Source of the DNA: Anaerolineae bacterium
Lineage (GTDB): Bacteria; Chloroflexota; Anaerolineae; B4-G1; SLSP01
Length of the DNA stretch: 64,000 bases
Assembly (NCBI GenBank): GCA_034432595.1
Contig: DAOUBT010000015.1
Location: forward strand, 5,800 to 69,799
Reading direction: 5' to 3'
The notes under the pieces were generated by a model that saw nothing but the letters and a program-made list of their open reading frames with translations, was not told where the DNA came from and searched no databases. Made by a program: the position numbers and the translations under genes. Positions 27,988 to 39,098 of the stretch are shown in pieces. Position 1 is the stretch's first letter, and each line of letters begins with the position of its first letter.

Positions 27988-28913
27988 CCCACCACGCTCC
28001 CGTTCTCCTGGAGGAGACGCTTGCTGCCTTACAGCCGCGGCCCGCAGGGCAGTACATTGATGCTACCGTAGGCGGTGGAGGGCATAGCGCGCTTTTGCTG
28101 GAGCGCAGCGCCCCGGATGGGCGAGTCCTGGGATTGGATCGGGACCCGGAAGCTGTGGAGCGGGCGCGTTTGCGCTTGCAGCCTTTTGGCGCGCGCGCTG
28201 TGGTGGTGCACAGCGCTTACGACCGTCTGGAGGACATGGCGCGGGGGCATGGATTTGTCCCCGCCGATGGCGTGCTCTTTGACCTGGGCTTTTCTTCATA
28301 CCAGATTGACGATCCGCAGCGGGGTTTTTCGTTTCGTACCGATGGGCCGCTGGACATGCGTTACGACCCGACGCAACCCGGGCCTACCGCTGAGGAGTTG
28401 GTGAATGAGCTAAGCGTGGTAGAATTAGCCGCGCTTTTGCGGCTTTACGGCGAGGAGCCGCACAGTCAGCGCATCGCTCAGGCGATTGTCGCCGCGCGTC
28501 CCATTCGCAGCACGGCGCATCTGGCACAGGTGGTGCTCGCGGCGACGGGGCGTCCGCGTCGTGGCGGGCCTCATCCCGCCACCCTGACGTTTCAGGCCTT
28601 GCGCATCGCCGTGAATCGTGAACTGGAGCTGCTCGCCGTGGCCTTGCCGCAGGCCTTACAGGTGTTGCGGCCTGGCGGACGTCTGGCGGTGATTACTTTT
28701 CATTCGCTGGAAGACCGGCTGGTCAAGCAATGGATGCAGCGCGAGGCACAGAGCTGCATCTGCCCACCGGAAGCGCCGGTTTGCACGTGCGATCATCGTC
28801 CGCGCTTACGCCTGATCACGCGCAAACCCATTACCCCCTCCACCGAGGAGGTCATGCGCAATCCGCGCAGCCGTAGCGCAAAGCTGCGCGTCGCTGAGGC
28901 TTTGGACGTATGA
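27966..28913 (+). CDS. rsmH: 16S rRNA (cytosine1402-N4)-methyltransferase RsmH
   Basis: [15 protein letters not shown]-binding motif and [10 protein letters not shown]. Confidence 0.9.
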   Translation: MGELEDLTHHAPVLLEETLAALQPRPAGQYIDATVGGGGHSALLLERSAPDGRVLGLDRDPEAVERARLRLQPFGARAVVVHSAYDRLEDMARGHGFVPADGVLFDLGFSSYQIDDPQRGFSFRTDGPLDMRYDPTQPGPTAEELVNELSVVELAALLRLYGEEPHSQRIAQAIVAARPIRSTAHLAQVVLAATGRPRRGGPHPATLTFQALRIAVNRELELLAVALPQALQVLRPGGRLAVITFHSLEDRLVKQWMQREAQSCICPPEAPVCTCDHRPRLRLITRKPITPSTEEVMRNPRSRSAKLRVAEALDV

Positions 28914-29251
28914 GCGTTATCTGGCAACAAAAAACCCATGGGGTACAACAACGTCAGGTCCACAAAGAACGGATGCTGGCGCTCGTGTTGTTTGTGGCGC
29001 TGGTTGTGTTCACCCTGCTGAGCGGGGCTTACCTCAACCTGGTGGCGCATAACGCACGCCTGGCGGGCGATATCTGGCACATGCAGGAGCAGTTGGCGCA
29101 GATGCAGCGCACCAATCAGGCCCTGGAGGCTTCTATTGCCTGGATGACGCGCCTGGAACAGTTGCAGGAACGCGCGCGTGCCCTGGGCTACCTGCCAGCG
29201 GAACAGGTGGATTACATGGTGCTGGAGGTGCCGGATGTTGCGCAGCCCTGA
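28910..29251 (+). CDS. ftsL: Cell division protein FtsL-like (single TM + coiled coil)
   Basis: 113-aa bitopic protein at the canonical position between rsmH and ftsI. Confidence 0.6.
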   Translation: MSVIWQQKTHGVQQRQVHKERMLALVLFVALVVFTLLSGAYLNLVAHNARLAGDIWHMQEQLAQMQRTNQALEASIAWMTRLEQLQERARALGYLPAEQVDYMVLEVPDVAQP

Positions 29252-30986
29252 CGTTCGTTTGCGTTTCATCGCCTTGCTGCTCGTCCTGGTGACGCTGGTG
29301 ACCTTGGGCCGCCTGGTGCGCCTTCAGGTGCTGGACCACAAGCAGTATCAGGATGAGGTGGAGGCGCTGGTTTACCGACAGTACACGCTGCCGCAGCCGC
29401 CGCCGGGGCGTATCTATGACCGCAACGGGGATTTGCTGGTCGGCAATGAGCCGGTGTTTGACGTGGGTGCGGAAGTTTCGATGATCAGGGACCCGCAGGC
29501 TGCGGCGCGCGCCCTCGCACCGGTGCTGAACATCCCCTTGGGGGAGCTGGTGGCAACCCTCACCCCGCCTGCCAATCTGGATGAGGGACACATCGTCTGG
29601 CGTCCCCTGGCCACAAAGGTAAGCGCGGAGCAGGCGGAAGCGTTGCGCAAGCTGGAGTTGCCGTGGTTGACCCTCACGCCGACCTGGCAGCGCTTCTATC
29701 CCGAAGGGGACCTGGCCGCTTATGTGCTGGGTTTTGTCAACGAGGAGGGGAACGGGTACGGCGTGTTGGGGAGTCAGTGGGCCTTCCTGCATGGGGAAGC
29801 GGGCGCGCTGGAAGGCGAGGTGACCGGCGACACGGCACCGATGGCCGACACCCTGGCGCGGGTAGAGCGCGCCGCTCTGCCGACGCCGGGCATGGATTTG
29901 CGCCTGACGATTGATCGCACCGTTCAGGCCTACGTTGAGGAGCAGGCGCGGCTGGCGACCGAACAGTATAAGGCGGAAGGCTGCACCATTATCGTCATGG
30001 ATCCACGCACGGGCGAGCTGCTCGCCATGGCTTCCTGGCCCACATACAGCCCGGCGCAGTATGCAGAGTACGCGGCCCGTGGGGAGACGGCGATTTTCAA
30101 CGATCCGGCGGTGACTAAACTGTACGAACCCGGATCAACGTTCAAGGTGATTACCGTGGCGGGGGCGCTGGATTCCGGCGCGGTGAACCTGGATTGGTCC
30201 TATTACGACGCGGGCGGTCTGGAATACGGCGGGATCATCATCCGCAACTGGGACGGGCGCGCTTATGGGCAGCAGAACCTGCAGGGACTGCTGGCCAAAT
30301 CCCTCAATGTGGGCGCGGCCACGCTCTCGACGCGCGTGATGGGGCCTGACCTGTTCTACCGCTACGTGCGCGCCTTCGGTTTTGGACAGACCACCGGCAT
30401 CGAGCTGGCGGGTGAGGCGGCGGGCGTGGTCCATCAGCCGAGCGATTGGGACTGGCAGGATGCTTTCCTGGCCACCAATGCTTTTGGTCAGGGCATCGCG
30501 GTGACGCCTTTGCAGATGATTACCGCTTTTTCCGCTGTAGCGAATGATGGCGTGATGATGCAGCCGCACATCATCGCTGAGCGGCGCTATCCTGACGGCA
30601 CATCGGTGACGATAGCGCCCCGTCCGCTGGGGCAGCCTATCTCCAAAGCCACGGCGGACACCCTGACCGAGTTGATGGCGCGCGCGGTGGAGAAAGAAGT
30701 TCCGCAGGCCATGGTACCCGGTTATCGCATCGCCGGGAAGACCGGAACGGCGCAAATCCCCGGCCTGGGCGGCTACGAACCGGATCAGGTGATTGGTTCT
30801 TTCATTGCCTTCGGACCGTTGCCCGATCCGCAGGTGGTGGTGTTGGTTAAACTTGATCGGCCCGGCATCGAGCCGTGGCTACGCTGGGGGTCGCAGACAG
30901 CGGCGCCCTTCTTCGCGCAGATGGCACCGCGCCTTTTCACGCTGCTGGGCATCCCGCCCGCGCAACAGGCGCAGGCGCGTCCTTGA
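29235..30986 (+). CDS. ftsI: Peptidoglycan D,D-transpeptidase FtsI (PBP)
   Basis: STFK, SLN and KTGT motifs with an N-terminal TM anchor. The start was chosen at MLRSPDVRL; the track ORF at 29178 over-extends. Confidence 0.85.
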   Translation: MLRSPDVRLRFIALLLVLVTLVTLGRLVRLQVLDHKQYQDEVEALVYRQYTLPQPPPGRIYDRNGDLLVGNEPVFDVGAEVSMIRDPQAAARALAPVLNIPLGELVATLTPPANLDEGHIVWRPLATKVSAEQAEALRKLELPWLTLTPTWQRFYPEGDLAAYVLGFVNEEGNGYGVLGSQWAFLHGEAGALEGEVTGDTAPMADTLARVERAALPTPGMDLRLTIDRTVQAYVEEQARLATEQYKAEGCTIIVMDPRTGELLAMASWPTYSPAQYAEYAARGETAIFNDPAVTKLYEPGSTFKVITVAGALDSGAVNLDWSYYDAGGLEYGGIIIRNWDGRAYGQQNLQGLLAKSLNVGAATLSTRVMGPDLFYRYVRAFGFGQTTGIELAGEAAGVVHQPSDWDWQDAFLATNAFGQGIAVTPLQMITAFSAVANDGVMMQPHIIAERRYPDGTSVTIAPRPLGQPISKATADTLTELMARAVEKEVPQAMVPGYRIAGKTGTAQIPGLGGYEPDQVIGSFIAFGPLPDPQVVVLVKLDRPGIEPWLRWGSQTAAPFFAQMAPRLFTLLGIPPAQQAQARP

Positions 30987-31002
30987 CGAGGAGCAGAAGA
31001 CG

Positions 31003-32430
<1,428 letters not shown>

Positions 32431-32431
32431 G

Positions 32432-33430
32432 ATGGGTTTTGCGCTGATTTTAGCCAGTATTTCTTTCCTGATGGTGGTGTTCTGGGGACGGCCTTACATC
32501 AACTTGCTGCGCAAGTACAAGGTGGGTAAGCGTATCCGCGTAGATGGGCCGGAAGGCCATTCCATCAAAATGGGGACACCGACGATGGGGGGGATTCTCA
32601 TCACCTTGCCGGTGCTCATCATCACGTTGGCGCTGAACATCTACAATCTGATGGGGCGTACCGTTATCGGGAAATCCATCCTCGTCCCGCTGGGCGTGAT
32701 GGTGGCTTATGCGATTTTGGGCGCGTTCGATGACTGGGCCGGGGTGAAAGGCATGCGCCGCGGAGAGGGGTTCACCGCGCGTTTTAAGATGCAAATCGAA
32801 CTGGCCATGACTTTGATTGTGGCGCTGGTGTTGTACTTTGGCCTGGATTTGCACAGCATGGCTATTCCGGGCGTGCCGGAAAAGATTGATATCGGCCTGT
32901 TCTACATTCCCGTGGCGATGTTCATCATCATCGGCGCGGCGAACGCTTCTAACCTGACGGATGGCCTGGATGGCCTGGACGGGATTCTGATGGCAAGCGC
33001 CTTTGCGGCGTATGCCGTCATTGCTGAGTTGCAGGGGCAGATTTACCTTTCACGCTTCTGCTTCACCGTGGTGGGCGCGACCTTCGCTTTCCTGTGGTAC
33101 AACGCGCATCCGGCGGAGCTGTTTATGGGCGACACGGGGTCGCTGGCCCTGGGGGCTACGCTGGGCGTGGTGGCCCTGATGACCGGTCAGTGGCTCATCC
33201 TGCCGGTGGTGATGCTCATCCCTGTGGCCGAGACGCTTTCCGACATTATTCAGGTGGGATACTTCAAGTACACCAAACGCAAGTACGGGGAGGGACGGCG
33301 CATCTTCAAGATGGCGCCCCTTCATCATCACTTTGAACTGTTGGGTTGGTCGGAAACGCAGGTGGTGCAGCGTTTCTGGCTGGTGGGACTGCTGGCCGCG
33401 ATGGCCGGCGTGGCCTTAGCGCTGGTATGA
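32432..33430 (+). CDS. mraY: Phospho-N-acetylmuramoyl-pentapeptide transferase MraY
   Basis: NASNLTDGLDGL and the MAPLHHHFE motif. Confidence 0.9.
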   Translation: MGFALILASISFLMVVFWGRPYINLLRKYKVGKRIRVDGPEGHSIKMGTPTMGGILITLPVLIITLALNIYNLMGRTVIGKSILVPLGVMVAYAILGAFDDWAGVKGMRRGEGFTARFKMQIELAMTLIVALVLYFGLDLHSMAIPGVPEKIDIGLFYIPVAMFIIIGAANASNLTDGLDGLDGILMASAFAAYAVIAELQGQIYLSRFCFTVVGATFAFLWYNAHPAELFMGDTGSLALGATLGVVALMTGQWLILPVVMLIPVAETLSDIIQVGYFKYTKRKYGEGRRIFKMAPLHHHFELLGWSETQVVQRFWLVGLLAAMAGVALALV

Positions 33431-33434
33431 GGAC

Positions 33435-34820
33435 ATGAGCATGAACGAAACGCAAGGACGCGCGGTGGTGATTCTGGGCCTCGCCCGGCAGGGCAAGGCC
33501 TTAGCGCGTTATTGGGTGCAACGCGGCGCGCGCGTCATCGTTTCGGATAAGCGTCCGGCGGAAGCGCTACAGGCGGAGCTGAACGAGCTGGCCGGTCTGC
33601 CCATTCGTTACGTGCTGGGCGGCCATCCCCTGGAGCTGCTGGACGATTGTGATCTGCTCTGCCTGAGCGGCGGGATTCCGCTGGATGTGCCCATCGTCGA
33701 AGCGGCGCGGCAGCGCGGCATCCCGCTTTCGAGTGACGCGCAGGAGTTCTTGCGCGATTGTCCCGCGCCCGTGGTGGGCATCACCGGCTCCGCTGGCAAG
33801 ACCACGACCACGGCACTGACGGGGGCGTTCATCCGCGCGGCGGGTTTCACCACCTGGGTGGGCGGCAACATCGGTAATCCCTTGTTGGACGACCTCCCGT
33901 CCATTCAACCGAACGACCGCGTGGTGATGGAGCTTTCGAGTTTTCAGCTCGATTTGATGACGCTCAGCCCGCAGGTGGCGGCGGTCCTCAACATCACGCC
34001 CAACCATCTGGACCGCCACAAGACGATGGAAGCCTATATTGCGGCGAAGGCGAACATCGTGCGCTATCAGAAGCCGGGCGATTGGGCAATTTTGGGCCAC
34101 GATGAACCCAACGCGCGCGGCCTGGCGTCCCTCACGGCGGCGCAGGTGGCTTTCTTCAGCCTGCAAACGGTGCCGGATGTGGGCACTTTCCTGCGTGGGG
34201 ACGCGCTCATGGCACGCTGGGACGGTCGCGAACGCGAGATTTGCCGCCGCGCCGATGTGCCTTTGCGCGGGATGCACAACGTGCAGAACGTCCTGGCCGC
34301 GTCGGCGCTGGCGTTGGCCGCCGGTGCGCCTCTGGAGGGGCTGCGCGAGGTCATCCGCACGTTTGAGGGCGTGCCGCATCGTCTGGAAGTGGTGCGCACT
34401 TTGCGCGGGGTAACCTGGGTCAACGATTCGATTGCCACCGCGCCGGAGCGCGTGCTGGCCGCTTTACGTGCCTTCGAGGAGCCGTTGGTGCTGCTGGCGG
34501 GCGGGCGCGACAAGCAATTGCCCTGGGAAGATTTCGCGCGCGAAGCTGCGCAGCGCGTGCGCGTCATCATCACCTTTGGCGAAGCTGGTGGCCTCATCGA
34601 GGGGCATCTGCGGCGCGCCCTGGAGACGCTCGGTCCGCAGGCCACCCTGGAAGTTTTGCAGCGCGTGGCGACGCTCGACGAGGCGGTGCAGGTTGCAGCG
34701 CAGCTCGCGCGCGCGGGCGAGGTGGTGCTCCTTTCGCCCGGCGGCACGAGTTTCGATGCGTTCAAGGATTTCGCCGCGCGTGGCGAGCATTTTCGGGCTT
34801 TGGTGTTGAGCCTGGATTGA
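33435..34820 (+). CDS. murD: UDP-N-acetylmuramoylalanine--D-glutamate ligase MurD
   Basis: VGITGSAGKTTTTAL and a NDSIATAP (DSKATN-type) motif. Confidence 0.9.
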   Translation: MSMNETQGRAVVILGLARQGKALARYWVQRGARVIVSDKRPAEALQAELNELAGLPIRYVLGGHPLELLDDCDLLCLSGGIPLDVPIVEAARQRGIPLSSDAQEFLRDCPAPVVGITGSAGKTTTTALTGAFIRAAGFTTWVGGNIGNPLLDDLPSIQPNDRVVMELSSFQLDLMTLSPQVAAVLNITPNHLDRHKTMEAYIAAKANIVRYQKPGDWAILGHDEPNARGLASLTAAQVAFFSLQTVPDVGTFLRGDALMARWDGREREICRRADVPLRGMHNVQNVLAASALALAAGAPLEGLREVIRTFEGVPHRLEVVRTLRGVTWVNDSIATAPERVLAALRAFEEPLVLLAGGRDKQLPWEDFAREAAQRVRVIITFGEAGGLIEGHLRRALETLGPQATLEVLQRVATLDEAVQVAAQLARAGEVVLLSPGGTSFDAFKDFAARGEHFRALVLSLD

Positions 34821-34836
34821 AACGGACGGTGAGGGC

Positions 34837-36006
34837 ATGGCACGAACACGTTCAGTACGTCAAAACATAGATTGGGTCCTGCTGGTGTTGCTGCTGGCCC
34901 TGCTGGCCTATGGTCTGCTCATGCTCTACAGCGCCACGTTTTATGTGGGGCAGGATTTCTGGACGCGGCAACTGCTCTGGGTGGGCCTGGGCCTGCTGGG
35001 GATGGTGGTGCTCATCCGCATCCCTTACCCGGTCTGGCGCGTGCTGTCCATGCCGATGATGGTGTTGACCCTGGGCGGGCTGCTTTTTGTGTTGATCTTC
35101 GGCGAGACGATTCTGGGCGCGCAGCGCACCATCGTCGGCGCGTCGGTACAGCCGGGCGTGGTGGCGCGGCTGGTGGCGATTCTCTACATTGCCACCTGGC
35201 TCGCCTCGAAGGGCACACAGCTTCACGAGGTGCGGACGGGTCTGGTGCCTTTCGCCGTTATCGTGGGTGTGGTGGCGGGGTTGGTCGCCTTGCAGCCTGA
35301 TTTGAGCACTGCCATTCTCTTGACCGTGACCGGCCTGGCGATGTTCTTCTTTGCCGGCGGTGACCCGTTGCAAATCCTGGGATCGGTGCTGGTGGGAGGG
35401 AGCAGTTTCGCGTTGCTGGCCTGGCAGCTTCCTCACGCGCGTGGGCGTTTGCTGGATTACCTGGCCGCGCTCAAAGACCCGGCGCAGATGCCCTACCACC
35501 TGCATCGTGCGGTCATGTCTATCGGGGAAGGTGGCTTCTGGGGCGTGGGCATTGGAAACGGACGCATGAAGTTCGGTTACCTGCCCTTCCCCCACACGGA
35601 TAGCATCTTCGCTGTGATTGGCGAGGAGGTCGGCCTGGTGGGCTGTCTGCTGGTGCTGGCGCTCTTCGCGCTTCTGGCCTATCGCGGCTACCGCGTCGCA
35701 TTGGAAACACCCGAACCTTTCGGCTCGCTGGTGGCTTTCGGCGTAACGACCATGCTGGTCACCGAAGCGCTTTTGAATGTTATGGTGATGGTGGGGCTGT
35801 TGCCCTTTACCGGAACGGCTTTGCCCTTCTTCAGCTACGGCGGTACGGAAATGATTGTGTCGCTGCTGGGGGCGGGCTTGCTCCTGGGCATCTCCAAAGG
35901 ACGCCCGAAAGGAGAACGTCAGTATGGAGTACTGGATCGTTGGTGGCGGAACTGGCGGACATATCTACCCGGGTCTCGCCGTAGCGCAGGCGTTGCAGGA
36001 CGTTGA
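34837..36006 (+). CDS. ftsW: SEDS family lipid II flippase/peptidoglycan glycosyltransferase FtsW
   Basis: FtsW/RodA topology and motifs; a 27-aa C-terminal tail overlaps the murG start. Confidence 0.85.
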   Translation: MARTRSVRQNIDWVLLVLLLALLAYGLLMLYSATFYVGQDFWTRQLLWVGLGLLGMVVLIRIPYPVWRVLSMPMMVLTLGGLLFVLIFGETILGAQRTIVGASVQPGVVARLVAILYIATWLASKGTQLHEVRTGLVPFAVIVGVVAGLVALQPDLSTAILLTVTGLAMFFFAGGDPLQILGSVLVGGSSFALLAWQLPHARGRLLDYLAALKDPAQMPYHLHRAVMSIGEGGFWGVGIGNGRMKFGYLPFPHTDSIFAVIGEEVGLVGCLLVLALFALLAYRGYRVALETPEPFGSLVAFGVTTMLVTEALLNVMVMVGLLPFTGTALPFFSYGGTEMIVSLLGAGLLLGISKGRPKGERQYGVLDRWWRNWRTYLPGSRRSAGVAGR

Positions 36007-37018
36007 CGCGCATGCGCGGGTAACCTGGGTCGGGGTACGCGGCGGGATGGAAGAGCAGATCATCCCCCGCGAAGGTCTGCCGATGCTCACCATCCCGGCT
36101 GCCGGGTTGCACGGGGTGGGGGTGAGTAAGGCGCTGCGTGGTGCATTGGCGCAACTGCGGGGGTTTGGCGTTTCCCTGCGCCTGTTGCGGCAGCAGCGTC
36201 CGGCGGCTGTATTCACCACCGGCGGCTATCTGGGCGTACCGGTCACCCTGGCAGCACGGGTGCAGCGCGTGCCGGTGCTGCTCTACGTGCCGGATGTGGA
36301 ACCGGCGCAATCGGTGAAGTTCATCGCGCGCTATGCACAGCGCATTGGCGTCACGGTGGAAGATTCGCGCGCCTTTCTGCCCGCAGCGAAGGTGGTGGTG
36401 ACCGGTTATCCCTTGCGCAAGAGCCTGATGCGCTGGACGCGCGCCGAAGGACGCGCCGCCTTACAACTCGACGCGCAGGCGCCGGTGCTCCTGGTTTACG
36501 GCGGGAGTCGCGGCGCGCGCTCGCTCAACCGTGCTGTGTTGCGCAACCTTTCCGCTTTGCTGGGGCTGGCGCAGGTTGTGCACCTGAGCGGGGAGCTGGA
36601 TTGGCCGGAAGTGGCCGCCGCGCGGGAGGCCCTTCCGCCGGAGCAGAAAGCGCGTTATCACGCTTTCGCCTATCTGCATGAGGAGATGGGCGCAGCGCTG
36701 GCCGCGGCGGACCTGGTTGTAGCGCGTGCGGGCGCATCCATTCTGGGTGAGGTGCCCTATTTTGGCCTGCCTGCCATCCTCGTCCCCTATCCTTACGCCT
36801 GGCGCTATCAAAAGGTGAATGCGCAGTGGCTGGAAGGGCGTGGGGCGGCACTGATGGTACGCGATGAGGACCTGAACGATGAGCTGGTGCCGCGGGTGGA
36901 GACGCTCTTGCGCGATGCAGAACAGCGGGAGCGCATGGCGCAGGCCGCGCGTGCCCTGGCGCAACCTCAGGCCGCGCAAACCCTCGCCCGCATGGTGTTG
37001 CAATTTGGAGGCGCGTGA
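35924..37018 (+). CDS. murG: UDP-GlcNAc:undecaprenyl-PP-MurNAc-pentapeptide GlcNAc transferase MurG
   Basis: MEYWIVGGGTGGHIYPGLAVAQAL N-terminus. The track ORF start at 35855 lies inside ftsW. Confidence 0.85.
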   Translation: MEYWIVGGGTGGHIYPGLAVAQALQDVDAHARVTWVGVRGGMEEQIIPREGLPMLTIPAAGLHGVGVSKALRGALAQLRGFGVSLRLLRQQRPAAVFTTGGYLGVPVTLAARVQRVPVLLYVPDVEPAQSVKFIARYAQRIGVTVEDSRAFLPAAKVVVTGYPLRKSLMRWTRAEGRAALQLDAQAPVLLVYGGSRGARSLNRAVLRNLSALLGLAQVVHLSGELDWPEVAAAREALPPEQKARYHAFAYLHEEMGAALAAADLVVARAGASILGEVPYFGLPAILVPYPYAWRYQKVNAQWLEGRGAALMVRDEDLNDELVPRVETLLRDAEQRERMAQAARALAQPQAAQTLARMVLQFGGA

Positions 37019-37548
37019 TGGTCCCGCTCGAAACGGTTTTCTGGGGGCTGGTCATCTTCTTTGGCATAGCCGGCGCTTTGCGGGGGTGGGCTAAAGAGCT
37101 GATCGTGTCCTTCAGCGTCATCCTCGCCCGTGCCGTAGAAGACGTGATGATTCGTTTCATCCCGGTCATCGGTGGCGGATTGATTAATATGGCGGAAAAT
37201 AACCCGCGGCAATGGTTCACCGTGCGCCTGGCCATTTTTGTGCTGATGATTTTCTTTGGCTATGCTTCGCCTGTCATTTCTACGACTCTTGGGATGCGGG
37301 GACGGCGTGAAAAGTTCCAGGATGTGCTTTTGGGGTTTTTCATTGGAGCTTTCAATGGTTTCTTAATTATCGGCACCGTGTGGGGCTTCCTGGACGTGTT
37401 GGGCTATGGGATTTGGGGCATCTCGGCGCCCACCTCGGCTTTTGCACAGGATATTTTACGATATACGCCTTTGCAATGGCTGAGGGGCGGTACTTTATAC
37501 GTGGCCCTGGTGCTGGCTTTTGTTTTCGTCATTGTAGTTTTCGTGTGA
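37015..37548 (+). CDS. CvpA-like membrane protein inserted in dcw cluster
   Basis: 177 aa, 4-5 TM segments and a CvpA-like GALRGWAKELIVSFSVILA N-terminal motif. ATGA overlap with the murG stop. Confidence 0.5.
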   Translation: MMVPLETVFWGLVIFFGIAGALRGWAKELIVSFSVILARAVEDVMIRFIPVIGGGLINMAENNPRQWFTVRLAIFVLMIFFGYASPVISTTLGMRGRREKFQDVLLGFFIGAFNGFLIIGTVWGFLDVLGYGIWGISAPTSAFAQDILRYTPLQWLRGGTLYVALVLAFVFVIVVFV

Positions 37549-37557
37549 GGAGGCGCT

Positions 37558-38955
37558 ATGCTGGATTGGCAGGCTGTGCGGAAAGTGCACATTGTGGGTA
37601 TCGGCGGCGCGGGGATGTCCGCCATCGCTCGCATGCTTAAAGCGCGTGGTCTTGAGGTCACCGGTTCGGATGCGCGTGAATCGCCCACCGTGATCGCGCT
37701 GCGCGCCGAGGGCATTCCCGTGCGCATCGGTTACACGCCGGGCGAGACGCTGGCTACCGACGTGGTGCTGGCTTCTTCCGCCGTGCCGGAAAGCGACCCG
37801 GAATTGCAGGCCGCCCGCGCGCAAGGCTTACCCATCACACGCCGCACGGACATTCTGCCCTGGCTCACCTCCGGTTATGACGTGATTGCTGTCGCCGGCG
37901 CGCACGGCAAGACAACCGTGACGAGTATGCTGGCGATGGTCTTTTCGCAGATGCATCTGGATCCGAGCTTCATCATCGGCGGTATCTCGGCCAACCTCGG
38001 CACCAACGCACGCCTGGGCAAGGGCAAGCACTTTATCATCGAAGCGGATGAGTATCAGAACACCTTCCTGTGTCTCAACCCACGCATCGCGGTGGTGACG
38101 AATGTGGAATACGACCATCCGGATTGCTTCCCCAGCCTGCGGCATCTGCGCTTCGCCTTTGGGGAATTCGTGGAGCGCATTCGACCGGAGGGCCTGCTGG
38201 TGGCTTGCAGCGATGACCCGATTGCCCATGCCCTGGCGGCCTCCTATCACGCCAATGGCGGCCATATTGCGCTCTACGGGCAAGGGGAAGGCGCAGGCGT
38301 GACCTGGCGCGCGCTCAACATTCGTCCCAACGACCTGGGTGGCGTGGATTTTGAGGTGCAATATCAGGGGCAGGCCCTGTGGCCGATGCGTCTGAGCGTG
38401 CCGGGAACGCACAATGCTTTGAATGCCTTAGCCGTCCTGGCCGTGGCGGACGCGGTGGGGCTGCCCTGGAACGTGGCCGCCATGTATCTGCGCGAGTTCA
38501 AGGGCACGGAACGACGCTTCCAGATTTTGGGGGAAGCGGGAGGCGTGACCGTGGTGGATGATTACGCGCACCATCCGACGCAAATCCGCTACGTCCTGGA
38601 GGCCGCGCGGCAGCGTTACGCGGGGCGGCGCATCCTGGCCGTCTGGCAGCCGCACACCTTCAGCCGCATCAAGGCCCTGTGGGATAGTTACCTCACGGCC
38701 TTTGGGGACGCGGACGCCGTGTTCGTGCTCCCCATTTACGCCGCGCGTGAGGTGGACGATGGCACCGTCCGCCACACGGAACTGGCCGCAGCGATCCAGC
38801 ACGCGCGGGTGCGGCCCTGCGCGAGCCTGGATGAGGCCACGTCCATGCTGGTGGAGACCGTGCGCCCTGGCGATGTCGTCGTCCTGATGGGCGCGGGGAA
38901 TGAGTATCTTGTGGGCGAAGCCCTGTTGCGCGCTTTCTCCGGAGGAGCGGCATGA
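37558..38955 (+). CDS. murC: UDP-N-acetylmuramate--L-alanine ligase MurC
   Basis: VHIVGIGGAGMSAIARML, GKTT and DDYAHHP. Confidence 0.9.
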   Translation: MLDWQAVRKVHIVGIGGAGMSAIARMLKARGLEVTGSDARESPTVIALRAEGIPVRIGYTPGETLATDVVLASSAVPESDPELQAARAQGLPITRRTDILPWLTSGYDVIAVAGAHGKTTVTSMLAMVFSQMHLDPSFIIGGISANLGTNARLGKGKHFIIEADEYQNTFLCLNPRIAVVTNVEYDHPDCFPSLRHLRFAFGEFVERIRPEGLLVACSDDPIAHALAASYHANGGHIALYGQGEGAGVTWRALNIRPNDLGGVDFEVQYQGQALWPMRLSVPGTHNALNALAVLAVADAVGLPWNVAAMYLREFKGTERRFQILGEAGGVTVVDDYAHHPTQIRYVLEAARQRYAGRRILAVWQPHTFSRIKALWDSYLTAFGDADAVFVLPIYAAREVDDGTVRHTELAAAIQHARVRPCASLDEATSMLVETVRPGDVVVLMGAGNEYLVGEALLRAFSGGAA

Positions 38956-39098
38956 CCCGTCTGGTGCAATGGTTACAGAAGTTCACCGGCCTGCAGGCCC
39001 GCAAGCGCGGGCGTTACCGCGCCTATCAATCCGAAGTGATGCGGGTGCGCCTGGAGCAGGTGCAGGCGCGGCAGAAGTCGGCAAAAGGGAAGCGGTGA
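38952..39098 (+). CDS. Small basic protein (48 aa) translationally coupled between murC and murB, hypothetical
   Basis: The ATG overlaps the murC stop (gcATGAcc) and the TGA overlaps the murB ATG (gTGATGg). The protein (MTRLVQWLQKFTGLQARKRGRYRAYQSEVMRVRLEQVQARQKSAKGKR) has 14 basic residues out of 48. GC3 is ~81%, versus ~60% in the alternative murB-extension frame. Confidence 0.4.
   Translation: MTRLVQWLQKFTGLQARKRGRYRAYQSEVMRVRLEQVQARQKSAKGKR

Noticed and set aside
38900-39097. Long N-terminal extension of murB from the ATG at 38900, as in the ORF track
   Set aside because: The extension is low complexity and overlaps murC. Its GC3 (~60%) is below coding expectation, and the MurB homology begins at MDLASRL (39098). 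The alternative frame, by contrast, holds a GC3-rich 48-aa ORF.
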